DNA of 40,715 nt from an uncultured Planctomycetales bacterium. Lineage in GTDB: Bacteria > Omnitrophota > Gorgyraeia > Gygaellales > Profunditerraquicolaceae. Made by a program: the position numbers and the translations under genes. Below, in pieces: positions 8,629-17,923 of the stretch (within the stretch, counting starts at the first letter, position 1; every line of letters begins with the position of its first letter). A model generated the notes under the pieces. The model did no database searches and was not told the origin of the DNA. It worked only from the letters and a program-made list of their open reading frames with translations. The DNA lies in assembly GCA_964487475.1 (NCBI GenBank), contig CAZAPM010000004.1, positions 101,755 to 142,469 of the forward strand, given 5' to 3'.

Positions 8629-9041
8629 TGTCCCGGCTTAGGTGGCTCGTGTTTACTGATGATGCTCTCTTCGACGAGGATGGGCACGTGGGCGCGCACC
8701 GCCAACGCGATGCTGTCGGAAGGCCGGGCATCGATCACCTTCTCCTGCCCAGCCCCGGTCTTAAGGATTATCTTGGCGTGAAAGGTGCTCTCCTCGAGCG
8801 AATCGATGAGGATCTTCTCCACGGTGGCGTCGAGGTTCTCGATGGCCGTATACAGCAAATCATGCGTCAGCGGCCGGGGCGGATTGAACCCGCTGATCTT
8901 GACCTTGATGGCGGAAGCTTCCGGCAGGCCGATGACGATGGGAAGCAGGCGGGTGCCTTTTTTCTCCTTGAGCACGATCAGCTGATCGTGCCGCTTTTCA
9001 TCGATCACGATGCGGGAGAGCTCCATCTCGACCAGCGCCAT
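8625..9041 (-). CDS. Bifunctional nuclease family protein (DUF151)
   Basis: LPIVIGLPEASAI, PPRPLTHDL and IDARPSDSIALAVR. Confidence 0.92.
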   Translation of the reverse strand: MALVEMELSRIVIDEKRHDQLIVLKEKKGTRLLPIVIGLPEASAIKVKISGFNPPRPLTHDLLYTAIENLDATVEKILIDSLEESTFHAKIILKTGAGQEKVIDARPSDSIALAVRAHVPILVEESIISKHEPPKPGQ

Positions 9042-9046
9042 GTGGC

Positions 9047-9559
9047 TTACCTCGATTTGCGGAGCTTGAGCTTCGGCCTGGGCTTCATTTTGGCCTTGGC
9101 TTTTTCGCTGCGGTTGAGCATATCCTTGAGCTCGTTCATGAACTGCCCCACGTCCTTGAACTGGCGGTACACGGAGGCAAAACGGACATAGGCGACGTCG
9201 TCGAGCTCCTTAAGCTTCTCCATGATCAGCTCGCCGATGCGTGACGAAGGCACTTCCCGGTCTGATTTCTTCTGGATCTGGCGCTCGATCATGGCCACGA
9301 TATCTTCCATCTTCTCGATACTGATAGGCCGCTTCTCGCACGCCCGCATGACCCCGGAAAGGATCTTCTTGCGGTCAAAAGCCTCCCGGCGGCCGTCCTT
9401 CTTGATGACCATCAGGGAGACATCTTCGATGTATTCATAGGTGGTGAAGCGCTTGCCGCAGCGCAGGCACTCCCGGCGGCGGCGGATCGCGGAATCCTCC
9501 TGCGTGGACCGTGAATCGACGACCTTATCCTCGGCGTGTCCGCAATACGGGCATTTCAT
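9047..9559 (-). CDS. nrdR: Transcriptional repressor NrdR
   Basis: [30 protein letters not shown]-cone [11 protein letters not shown] and [11 protein letters not shown]. Start ATG 9559 overlaps the upstream stop. Confidence 0.97.
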   Translation of the reverse strand: MKCPYCGHAEDKVVDSRSTQEDSAIRRRRECLRCGKRFTTYEYIEDVSLMVIKKDGRREAFDRKKILSGVMRACEKRPISIEKMEDIVAMIERQIQKKSDREVPSSRIGELIMEKLKELDDVAYVRFASVYRQFKDVGQFMNELKDMLNRSEKAKAKMKPRPKLKLRKSR

Positions 9560-10029
9560 CTCTTCGCCGCCCCTTTCCTCACCTTGATCTTCGCGGCCCT
9601 CAGGAAATCCATGGACATCTCGTCCGGATAGCCTTCCGCGATCACCACTTCGCGCACCCCCGCGTTCACCAGCATTTTCGCGCAGATGGAACACGGCTGG
9701 GTGGTGACGTACACCACGCTGCCCTTGGTGCTCACCCCGTGCAGAGCCGCCTGCAGCAGCACGTTCTGCTCCGCATGCAATCCCCGGCAAAGCTCATGCC
9801 GCTGGCCGGAAGGGATCTTCAGCTGCTCCCGGATGCACCCGGTCACTTCACAGTGCGGCAGGCCCGACGGCGCGCCGTTATAGCCGGTAGCCAGTATCTG
9901 CTTATCCTTGACCAGCACCGCGCCCACCCGGCGGCGGAGGCAGGATGCCCGGCGGGAAACCAGCTCCGCCATCTCCAGGAAATATTCGTCCCAGCGGGGA
10001 CGGTTGAGTGCGTTGTGTTTGTTCTTCAT
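9556..10029 (-). CDS. dCMP deaminase (ComEB-like cytidine/deoxycytidylate deaminase)
   Basis: [29 protein letters not shown] and PCSIC zinc motifs. Confidence 0.92.
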   Translation of the reverse strand: MKNKHNALNRPRWDEYFLEMAELVSRRASCLRRRVGAVLVKDKQILATGYNGAPSGLPHCEVTGCIREQLKIPSGQRHELCRGLHAEQNVLLQAALHGVSTKGSVVYVTTQPCSICAKMLVNAGVREVVIAEGYPDEMSMDFLRAAKIKVRKGAAKR

Positions 10030-10035
10030 GGACGT

Positions 10036-11286
10036 TTAGGCGTGCGCCAGCTCCGGATAGAGCGGATGCGCCTTGGTCATCTCAAGGATCCTGGCCTTGA
10101 TCCCCTTAAGCGCTTCCGGGTCATCCCTTTTTTCCACGGCGTCATTGATGCACGCCGCCACTTCCTTCATCTGCGCTTCCTTCAATCCCCGCGTGGTCAC
10201 GGCCGGGGTGCCCAGACGGATACCGCTGGTGACCGCCGGGGCCTTGTCGTCGAAAGGTATCAGATTCTTGTTCACCGTGATGTTGACCTCGTCCAGAAGC
10301 GCGGAGGCCTCCTTGCCGGTGATGAGTTTTTGGTTCAGGTCCACCAGCATCAGGTGGTTATCCGTGCCCCCGGAAACGATACGGAAGCCTTTGGCCTCGA
10401 GCGCCTGGGCTAACGCATGCGCATTCCTGAGCACCTGCTTCTGGTATGTCTTGAACTCGGGGGAAAGCGCCTCCAGGAACGCCACGGCTTTCGCGGCGAT
10501 GACGTGCATCAGGGGGCCTCCCTGCATCCCGGGGAATATCCGGGAATCGATCTTCTTGGCGAACTCCTTGCGGCAGAGCACGAACCCGCCGCGGGGGCCG
10601 CGCAGGGTCTTATGCGTGGTCGAGGTCACGAACTCGGCGTAAGGCACCGGGGAAGGATGCAGCCCGGCAGCCACCAGTCCGGCGATGTGCGCCATGTCCA
10701 CGAAAAGGTACGCGCCCACCGCGTCGCAGATCTTACGGAAACGCTCGAAATCGATGATGCGCGGGTATGCCGAGGCTCCGGCCAGTATCATCTTCGGCTT
10801 GTGCTCCTTGGCCAACGCCTCTATCTTGTCGTAATCCAGCGTCTCGGTATCGCGGCGTACCCCGTATCCCACGATCTTGTACAGCATCCCGGAGAAATTA
10901 TGCGGGTGTCCGTGGGTCAGATGCCCGCCGCAGGCCAAGTCCATCGCCAGCACCGTATCCCCGGGCTTAACCGCGGCCAGGTACACCGCCATGTTCGCCT
11001 GGGAACCGGAGTGCGCCTGCACGTTGGCGTGGTCGGCGCCGAAAAGTTTCTTCACCCGTTCGATAGCCAGGGATTCCGCCGCATCCACGTTCACGCAGCC
11101 GCCGTACCAGCGCGCCGAAGGATACCCTTCGGCGTACTTGTTGGTCATCACGCTTCCCTGCGCCTCCAGCACCGCCAGCGAAGTGAAATTCTCCGAAGCG
11201 ATGAACTCCAGATGCTCTTCCTGGCGCCTGATCTCGTTCTTTATGGCCTGGTATATCTCCGGGTCGACTGCCTTAAGATGTTTCAT
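10036..11286 (-). CDS. glyA: Serine hydroxymethyltransferase
   Basis: [41 protein letters not shown] (PLP Lys) and SGIRLGTPA. Confidence 0.98.
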   Translation of the reverse strand: MKHLKAVDPEIYQAIKNEIRRQEEHLEFIASENFTSLAVLEAQGSVMTNKYAEGYPSARWYGGCVNVDAAESLAIERVKKLFGADHANVQAHSGSQANMAVYLAAVKPGDTVLAMDLACGGHLTHGHPHNFSGMLYKIVGYGVRRDTETLDYDKIEALAKEHKPKMILAGASAYPRIIDFERFRKICDAVGAYLFVDMAHIAGLVAAGLHPSPVPYAEFVTSTTHKTLRGPRGGFVLCRKEFAKKIDSRIFPGMQGGPLMHVIAAKAVAFLEALSPEFKTYQKQVLRNAHALAQALEAKGFRIVSGGTDNHLMLVDLNQKLITGKEASALLDEVNITVNKNLIPFDDKAPAVTSGIRLGTPAVTTRGLKEAQMKEVAACINDAVEKRDDPEALKGIKARILEMTKAHPLYPELAHA

Positions 11287-11737
11287 GATCCCTGATGTCC
11301 TTTTCTATTTTTTTCAGCATGTCCAGGCGGAGCTGATGCCTTCCGCCTTCGAATTCCGTATCCAGCCACGCCTGCACGATCCTCTTGGCCAGGGCCGCCG
11401 AGACGAACCCGGAGCCTAAGACCAGGATGTTGCTGTCGTTATGCTGGCGGGTGAGTTTCGCCGCGGCCACGTTATAGCAAAGGGATGCCCGCACTCCGGG
11501 CACCCTGTTGGCGACGATGGAGTTGCCGATCCCCGTCTTGCAGATCAGTATCCCCCGGGACGCCTTTTTCCGGGAAACGGCTTCGGCCACGGCATAGGCA
11601 TACTCGGGGTAATGGCAGCTCTCCGTCGAATGCGTACCGACGTCCTGCACGGAGTAGCCCCGCTTCACCAGGTACCCCTTGATCTTTTCCTTGAGGTCGA
11701 ATCCCGCGTGGTCGCTTCCGATGAAGATCGCGCTCAT
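11273..11737 (-). CDS. rpiB: Ribose-5-phosphate isomerase B
   Basis: [30 protein letters not shown] and FEGGRH. Confidence 0.95.
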   Translation of the reverse strand: MSAIFIGSDHAGFDLKEKIKGYLVKRGYSVQDVGTHSTESCHYPEYAYAVAEAVSRKKASRGILICKTGIGNSIVANRVPGVRASLCYNVAAAKLTRQHNDSNILVLGSGFVSAALAKRIVQAWLDTEFEGGRHQLRLDMLKKIEKDIRDHETS

Positions 11738-12795
11738 ATCAGCTCCGCAACTTTGTCGACCGCCTCTTTGATCACCAGCAGCGTCTGCTCGTAGAACTCG
11801 GAGCTTTGCCCGATGGGATCGGAGATCGAAAGGTCGTTATCGTATATTCTAGCAAATTCCTTAAGCAAAAACACCCTGTTTTTTGCCTCCGGCGCGACCT
11901 GCAGCACCTTTTCCTCGTGCATCCGGTCCATGACCAGTATCAGGTCCGAGGTCCTCAGCATCTCCGCGGTGATACGCTGCGACTGATGGCGGGAGACGTC
12001 GATCCCCCTTCTCTTGAGCACTTCCCGGGTCGCGGAAGAGGCGCCTATCCCGGTAAGCATCATGATCCCGGCGGAAGAGACCTCCACGTCGGTACGGCCC
12101 TTTTCCGCCAGGCGCTGTTTAAGCAGCGCCTCGGCCATGACCGAACGGCAGGAGTTTCCCGTGCACACGAAAAGCACGGCCTTGCGTTTCAGGCAGGCCA
12201 GGATATCCGCGGCAGGGATCGCGCCCTCCCGGACCACCTTGCACGGTTCGACCGTAAAATCCACGATCGTCGATTCCACGCCCAGCCGGGTCGGACCTGA
12301 ATCCACGGCCAGGTCCACCAGGCCGCGCAAGTCGTTAAGCGCCTCCTCGCAGGTCAACGGAGGCTTGCTGCCGGAAAGATTCGCCGAGGGGCACACCACC
12401 GGCACGCTGGCTTTGGCGATGATCCGTCCGGCCACCTCGTCATCCGGCATGCGGATACCGATAGTCCCCCCCTTTTTGTCCTTGAGGATCATGGTCAGGG
12501 GTCCGGGCCAGAACTTGCGCTTGAGCTTATAGGCGCCGGCCGGGATATCCGACGCATACTCCTCGATACGGCAATTGATATCGACATGCAGGGTAAAAGG
12601 CTTATCCTTGGGCCGCTGCTTGATCTCGTACAGGCGGTCCACGGATTTTTTATGCAGCATGCTCGCCGCTACACCGTAGACGGTCTCCGTGGGAATGATC
12701 ACCAGGCCTCCACGCGCGATGGTCCGGGCCGCCAGGTTGATGCCGTCCTCAAAGGGAAAACGGGGATCGAGGGTGATGACCTTGGTCTCGGGCAT
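11734..12795 (-). CDS. Threonylcarbamoyl-AMP synthase (TsaC/Sua5) fused to a low-molecular-weight phosphatase (YwlE-like)
   Basis: PTETVYG, KQRP, SANLSG and ESTIVD (TsaC domain), then VLFVCTGNSCRS.MAE and ISDPIG (LMW-PTP fold). Confidence 0.92.
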   Translation of the reverse strand: MPETKVITLDPRFPFEDGINLAARTIARGGLVIIPTETVYGVAASMLHKKSVDRLYEIKQRPKDKPFTLHVDINCRIEEYASDIPAGAYKLKRKFWPGPLTMILKDKKGGTIGIRMPDDEVAGRIIAKASVPVVCPSANLSGSKPPLTCEEALNDLRGLVDLAVDSGPTRLGVESTIVDFTVEPCKVVREGAIPAADILACLKRKAVLFVCTGNSCRSVMAEALLKQRLAEKGRTDVEVSSAGIMMLTGIGASSATREVLKRRGIDVSRHQSQRITAEMLRTSDLILVMDRMHEEKVLQVAPEAKNRVFLLKEFARIYDNDLSISDPIGQSSEFYEQTLLVIKEAVDKVAELI

Positions 12796-12797
12796 AC

Positions 12798-13283
12798 TTA
12801 CAGGTCCACCTTGGTTTTGACGATCTTTTCCCGCATGGCGTCCTTATACTGCTGCAGCTTCTTTGCCAACTCCGCATCGGATACCGCCAGGATCGCCACG
12901 GCGAAAAGCCCGGCGTTCTTCGCTCCGGCTTTGCCGATGGCCATGGAGGCCACGGGGATCCCCCCCGGCATCTGCACGGTCGAAAGCAGGGAATCCAGGC
13001 CGCTCAAAGAGCTGGTCTCCATCGGAATGCCGATCACCGGCAAGGTGGTATGGCTGGCAACGACACCGGCCAGCGCCGCGGCCCCGCCTGCGGCGGCGAT
13101 GAACACTTTCGTTCCCTGCTGGATCGCCTTCACGATATACGCCTCGAGCTCGCGGGGCGTGCGGTGCGCGGAGAGCACCTGGGCGTCGTATTCGATCCCG
13201 AACTCCTTAAGCACGTTCACCGCTTCCTTCACCGTCTCCAGGTCCGACTGACTGCCCATCACGATACTTACGGTCTGCCCCAT
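12798..13283 (-). CDS. purE: N5-carboxyaminoimidazole ribonucleotide mutase
   Basis: IVMGSQSD, SAHRTP, PVIGIP and DSLLSTVQMPGGIPVA. Confidence 0.96.
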   Translation of the reverse strand: MGQTVSIVMGSQSDLETVKEAVNVLKEFGIEYDAQVLSAHRTPRELEAYIVKAIQQGTKVFIAAAGGAAALAGVVASHTTLPVIGIPMETSSLSGLDSLLSTVQMPGGIPVASMAIGKAGAKNAGLFAVAILAVSDAELAKKLQQYKDAMREKIVKTKVDL

Positions 13284-13296
13284 ATTCCCTCCGCTC

Positions 13297-14571
13297 TTAA
13301 CGATGCAGCGCCCTTGCGCCGATATCCCTGCGATACTGCATCCCTTCGAATGATATTTTTTCCACAGCCCGGTACGCCGCGGATACCGCCTCCCTGATCC
13401 CCCGGCCTAACGCCGTGACCGCGAGCACTCGGCCGCCTGCGGTAACCACTTCTCCGGCTTTAAGTTTCGTCCCGGCATGGAACACCACGGAATCCTTGCA
13501 CAACGCTGCCTCATCCAGGCCGTCGATCCGGATGCCCTTCTCATACGCCCCGGGATACCCTTTCGAGGCGCACACCACGCTCACGCAGGAGCGCTCGTCC
13601 CACTCCAGGGCCGGAGCCTTATGCAAAGCGCCCTCCGCAGCCGCCTTAAGCACGGGCAGCAGATCGGAGGAGATGCGCGGCAGCACCGCTTCGGTCTCGG
13701 GATCCCCGAAGCGCACGTTGAACTCCAGAGTTTTCGGCCCCTGCGCCGTCACCATGATCCCGGCATAGAGCACGCCGCGGTATTCGATCCCTTCCTTTGC
13801 CAAACCGGCAAGCGTAGGATAAATGACCCTTTCCATGACCTCGCGCAGAAGCGCATCCGTCACCACCGGAGCGGGAGAATACGCGCCCATGCCGCCGGTA
13901 TTGGGCCCCTCGTCATGATCGAAGATACGTTTATGGTCCTGGGCGGATGCCAGCGGCCAGGCCTCCCTGCCGTCGGTGATCACCAGGATCGAAGCCTCTT
14001 CGCCCTCCAGGCACTCCTCGACGATCACGCGGTTGCCTGCGGTACCAAACGCCTTGCGGCACATCATGGAATCCACCGCCGCCTTGGCCTCCGCGGCATT
14101 GCAGGCAACCACCACGCCCTTGCCCGCAGCCAGTCCGTCGGCCTTGACCACGCAGGGTTTACCCAGCGCATCGATGTAACGGTACGCCGCATCCGGATTA
14201 TCGAAGGACTCGAAAGCCGCGGTCGGCACGTTGCAGCGCGCCATCAGCTCCTTGGAAAAGACCTTGCTGGATTCGAGCATGGCAGCGGCTTTGCCGGGAC
14301 CGAACACGGCGATGCCCGCTTCCCGCAGCGCATCCGCCAGCCCCGCCGCCAGAGGCGCCTCGGGGCCCACCACCACCAGGTCGGCCTTATGCTCCAGGCA
14401 GAACTCCGCGATGGTCGCCAGGTCGTCCGCTTCTATCCCTACGCACTCGGCGACTTCCGCGATCCCCGCATTGCCCGGCGCGCACCATAATTTCGTCAGC
14501 AGCTTCGACTGCGCGATCTTCCAGCAGAGCGCATGCTCCCTGCCTCCCGAACCCACCACCAGCACTCGCAT
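13297..14571 (-). CDS. purD: Phosphoribosylamine-glycine ligase
   Basis: GSGGREHAL, VGPEAPL, KADGLAAGKGV, QDHKR, GPNTGGMGAY and EFNVRFGDPE. Confidence 0.98.
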   Translation of the reverse strand: MRVLVVGSGGREHALCWKIAQSKLLTKLWCAPGNAGIAEVAECVGIEADDLATIAEFCLEHKADLVVVGPEAPLAAGLADALREAGIAVFGPGKAAAMLESSKVFSKELMARCNVPTAAFESFDNPDAAYRYIDALGKPCVVKADGLAAGKGVVVACNAAEAKAAVDSMMCRKAFGTAGNRVIVEECLEGEEASILVITDGREAWPLASAQDHKRIFDHDEGPNTGGMGAYSPAPVVTDALLREVMERVIYPTLAGLAKEGIEYRGVLYAGIMVTAQGPKTLEFNVRFGDPETEAVLPRISSDLLPVLKAAAEGALHKAPALEWDERSCVSVVCASKGYPGAYEKGIRIDGLDEAALCKDSVVFHAGTKLKAGEVVTAGGRVLAVTALGRGIREAVSAAYRAVEKISFEGMQYRRDIGARALHR

Positions 14572-14573
14572 GA

Positions 14574-15440
14574 TTATCCGCGGCCTTCCTTCTTAAGGGG
14601 CACGATGCCGGCAAGGTCGCTGATGATGTTCGTCAGGTCGCTCCCCTGCGGGACCACTATTTTGGCATTCGTGCTCAAAGATTTCTCCACCGCCTCGAGC
14701 CTGCGCAACACCTGGGCATTGCCCACGAAATACCTTTCGGCAGCCTCGTTGACCAGGCGGATCGCCTCGGCTTCCCCCTCCGCCTCGAGGATACGCGCCT
14801 GCTTGATGCCTTCCGCCTTCTTGATCTCCGCGCGCTTCTGCCCGTCCGCCGCGGTCTCCGTGGCGGTGGCGAAATCGACTGCCGCGATCTTCTCGTTCTC
14901 CGCCTTGACCACCTTGTTCATCGTCTCCTGCACGTCCTTCGGCGGATCTATCTCTTTAAGCTCGGTACGCACGATCTCGATCCCCCAGCTCGAAGTCTCC
15001 TCCATCAGGGTCTTGTGCAGCTCGGCGTTGATCTTGCCGCGCTCGCTGTTGGCGGACTTCAAGGTCAAAGTGCCGATGATGTTCCTTAAGGTCGTACGAG
15101 CCAGGTTGACGATCTGGTACTGGTAATTGAACACGTTGTACTGGCAGAACTTGACGCTTTCCTCGTCGGGCTTAACCTTGAAATACACCTGCGCGTCGAC
15201 CTTGGCGTTAAGGTTATCGTTGGTGATGATCTCCTGCGGCTCGGCATCCACCATCTGCTCGGTCACGTTGACCTGGTACATCTTCTCCACCACCGGAAGG
15301 ATCCAGTTGAACCCGGGCTGGCCGAACCGCTGGTACTTGCCGAAACGCTCCACCAATCCGCGGTGCGTGGGCCGCACGATCCTGATGCCCATGAAAAAGA
15401 TCACTACCGCCGCCGCCACGATCATATACCCTAGATACAT
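14574..15440 (-). CDS. SPFH/band-7 (stomatin-like) membrane protein
   Basis: N-terminal TM helix, VERFGKY...PG, QEIITNDN...VDA, RTTLRNIIG, WGIEIVRTELKEI and AE-rich coiled coil. Confidence 0.92.
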   Translation of the reverse strand: MYLGYMIVAAAVVIFFMGIRIVRPTHRGLVERFGKYQRFGQPGFNWILPVVEKMYQVNVTEQMVDAEPQEIITNDNLNAKVDAQVYFKVKPDEESVKFCQYNVFNYQYQIVNLARTTLRNIIGTLTLKSANSERGKINAELHKTLMEETSSWGIEIVRTELKEIDPPKDVQETMNKVVKAENEKIAAVDFATATETAADGQKRAEIKKAEGIKQARILEAEGEAEAIRLVNEAAERYFVGNAQVLRRLEAVEKSLSTNAKIVVPQGSDLTNIISDLAGIVPLKKEGRG

Positions 15441-15453
15441 AGCTCACCCCCGG

Positions 15454-16464
15454 TTAAATAACCTCGACCGACCGCTCCCCGCGCACTGCCTCGCCGATCG
15501 TCCACGACCGCACCTTCTCTTTGGCCAGGAAATCCGCCACTGCCTTCGCCGCCGCCTTATCCACCAGCAGCACCATCCCGATCCCCATGTTCAGGGTATG
15601 ATACATCTCGTGATCTTCGACGTTGCCCTGCGCCTGTACCAGGCGGAAGAGCTTCGGCACCGTCCAGGACGCCTTATGGATGCGCACTCCCGTATCCGCG
15701 GGAAGGATGCGCCTGATCTTATCGTAGAACGCCCCGCCGGTGATGTGGGCGATCCCGTGCACGCTCTCGCGCAGCGGAGAAGCCAGAAGCGCGAGGATCT
15801 CCCGCACGTAAATACGCGTGGGCACCAGCAGCTCTTTCCCGTAACGCTTAAGCTGGGCGTCGGTGAACACTTTGCGCACTAAGGAATACCCGTTCGAGTG
15901 CAGCCCGCTCGACGCCAGCCCCACCACCGCATCCCCGGGACGGATCTTCGATCCGTCGATCGCTTTGGCGCGCTCCACCGCGCCCACGCAGAAGCCCGCG
16001 ATATCATATTCTCCCTTTGCGTACATCCCCGGCATCTGCGCCGTCTCTCCGCCGATCAAAGAGCAGTTCGACTGCACGCATCCTTTGGTGATCCCCTTGA
16101 CCACGTCAAAAAGCACCGCATGGTCCACATCGCTGAAAGCGATATAATCCAGGAAGAACAACGGCTCCGCGCCGACGCAAAGGATATCGTTGACGTTCAT
16201 GGCCACGGCGTCGATCCCCACGGAATCGTGCACTCCCAGCGACCAGGCGATCTTAAGTTTGGTGCCTACCCCGTCCGAAGAGGAGACCAGCACCGGGTCG
16301 CGGTATTTATCCTTGGGGAAGCCGAAGAAACTGCCGAAACCCCCGATATCCTTGAGCACCTCCGGACGGAAGGACCTCCGGACCAGGGGCTTGAGGCGGC
16401 TCTTCAGCGCATCCATCCCCTCGATATCGACCCCGGCCTGCTTATAGGTCACTTTTTTGGGCAT
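15454..16464 (-). CDS. purM: Phosphoribosylformylglycinamidine cyclo-ligase (AIR synthetase)
   Basis: TYKQAGVDI, DGVGTK, AMNVND, GGETAQMPG, SSGLHSNGYSL, AHITGG and LNMGIG. Start moved to ATG 16464. Confidence 0.97.
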   Translation of the reverse strand: MPKKVTYKQAGVDIEGMDALKSRLKPLVRRSFRPEVLKDIGGFGSFFGFPKDKYRDPVLVSSSDGVGTKLKIAWSLGVHDSVGIDAVAMNVNDILCVGAEPLFFLDYIAFSDVDHAVLFDVVKGITKGCVQSNCSLIGGETAQMPGMYAKGEYDIAGFCVGAVERAKAIDGSKIRPGDAVVGLASSGLHSNGYSLVRKVFTDAQLKRYGKELLVPTRIYVREILALLASPLRESVHGIAHITGGAFYDKIRRILPADTGVRIHKASWTVPKLFRLVQAQGNVEDHEMYHTLNMGIGMVLLVDKAAAKAVADFLAKEKVRSWTIGEAVRGERSVEVI

Positions 16465-17909
16465 TTCTGTATCTCCCCCTGTCCGCAACAGCGCATCTCC
16501 AGCGAGAACTTGCTGTGGCTCTTTTCCGCCTTGATCGGATACCGGCCCTCCCAACAGGCGGTGCAGTAGTTCTGCGGCGGATAACGCAGGCATCCCAGCA
16601 TTCCCTTGAGGCTTAAATAACCCAGCGTATCGACCTCCAGGTACTGGCGGACCTTATCGATGGAATCGTATTTATTGGCGATGAGCTCGGAGGAACGGTG
16701 GAAATCGATCCCGTAAAAACACGGAAACCGGTGCGGCGGACAGGATATCCGCAGATGCACTTCCTTCACCCCCGCCTTGCGCAGGTTGCGCACGCGGATC
16801 TTGGAAGTCGTCCCGCGCACGATGGAATCGTCCACCACCACCACGCGTTTTCCCTTGAGGACGTCGCGCAATAAGTTGAACTTGACCCGCACCCCCAGAT
16901 CGCGCACGTCCTGCGCCGGCTGGATGAAGGTCCTTCCGACATAATGGTTGCGGATGATCCCCATCTCCAGCGGGATGCCGCTCGCATGGGAATACCCCAT
17001 GGCCGCGGAAAACCCCGAATCCGGCACCGGGACCACGAAATCCGCATCGACGGGATGCTCCTTGGCCAGCTGGCCGCCCAGCGCCCGGCGCACCGTATGC
17101 ACGGTCTCCCCGAACACCTTGGAATCCGGCCGGGCGAAGTACACGTGCTCGAACGTGCAGAACGCCAGCCGATCCTGCGCCACGAACTCCCGCGGCTTGA
17201 AGGATACCACGTTGCCCTTACGGATGAAGACGATCTCCCCCGGCTCCACTTCCCTTACCAGCGTCGCTCCGATCAGATCGAAAGCGCAGGTCTCCGACGC
17301 CAGGAACCAGGACTTGCCCATCTTGCCCAGCACCAGCGGCCGGAACCCCATGGGATCCCGCACGCCGATCAACGTATCCTCGTTCATCATCACCAGGGAA
17401 TAGGCGCCCCGGATGCGCTTCAAGGCGTAGACCAGGCTTTCCTTGAGGTCCTTGCTCTTGGCCCGGGCCATCAGATGGATGACCAGTTCCGAATCGGTGG
17501 TGGTCTGGAAGATCGAACCCGTTCCTTCGAGGTATTTGCGCAGTTCGAGGGAATTGACCAGGTTGCCGTTATGGGCGATGCAGATCGACCCCTTGGCGTA
17601 ATCGATCAAAAGCGGCTGGGAATTCTTCAGGATGCTCGAGCCCGTCGTCGAATACCGCACGTGCCCGACGGCCATGTTCCCTTTCAAACGCGAGAGGACC
17701 GGCTCGGTGAACACGTCGCTGACCAGCCCCATCTCCTTATGCAGGGTCAGCACGCCCCCGTGATTGCTGACGATCCCGCACGCCTCCTGCCCGCGGTGCT
17801 GCTGAGCGAAAAGCCCCAGATAGGTCAGCCAGCTGGCCTGCGCATGGTCGCTTACCCCGAAGAGACCGCAGTACTCCTTCGGATCATCGTATGTTTTCGT
17901 GATATACAT
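16449..17909 (-). CDS. purF: Amidophosphoribosyltransferase (canonical, propeptide + Cys1, Fe-S type)
   Basis: 13-aa propeptide then CGLFG, QHRGQE, GHVRYST, HNGNL, DDSIVRGTT and Fe-S cysteines (FCTFE, PCFYG, CTACW). Confidence 0.97.
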   Translation of the reverse strand: MYITKTYDDPKEYCGLFGVSDHAQASWLTYLGLFAQQHRGQEACGIVSNHGGVLTLHKEMGLVSDVFTEPVLSRLKGNMAVGHVRYSTTGSSILKNSQPLLIDYAKGSICIAHNGNLVNSLELRKYLEGTGSIFQTTTDSELVIHLMARAKSKDLKESLVYALKRIRGAYSLVMMNEDTLIGVRDPMGFRPLVLGKMGKSWFLASETCAFDLIGATLVREVEPGEIVFIRKGNVVSFKPREFVAQDRLAFCTFEHVYFARPDSKVFGETVHTVRRALGGQLAKEHPVDADFVVPVPDSGFSAAMGYSHASGIPLEMGIIRNHYVGRTFIQPAQDVRDLGVRVKFNLLRDVLKGKRVVVVDDSIVRGTTSKIRVRNLRKAGVKEVHLRISCPPHRFPCFYGIDFHRSSELIANKYDSIDKVRQYLEVDTLGYLSLKGMLGCLRYPPQNYCTACWEGRYPIKAEKSHSKFSLEMRCCGQGEIQKCPKK

Positions 17910-17923
17910 CGGCGCGCCCCTCT

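Noticed and set aside
11734..12180. Arsenate reductase ArsC call for the CTGNSCRS domain
   Set aside because: There is no distal redox cysteine pair and no ars genes nearby. The tsaC/rpiB/glyA context points to a YwlE-like phosphatase.
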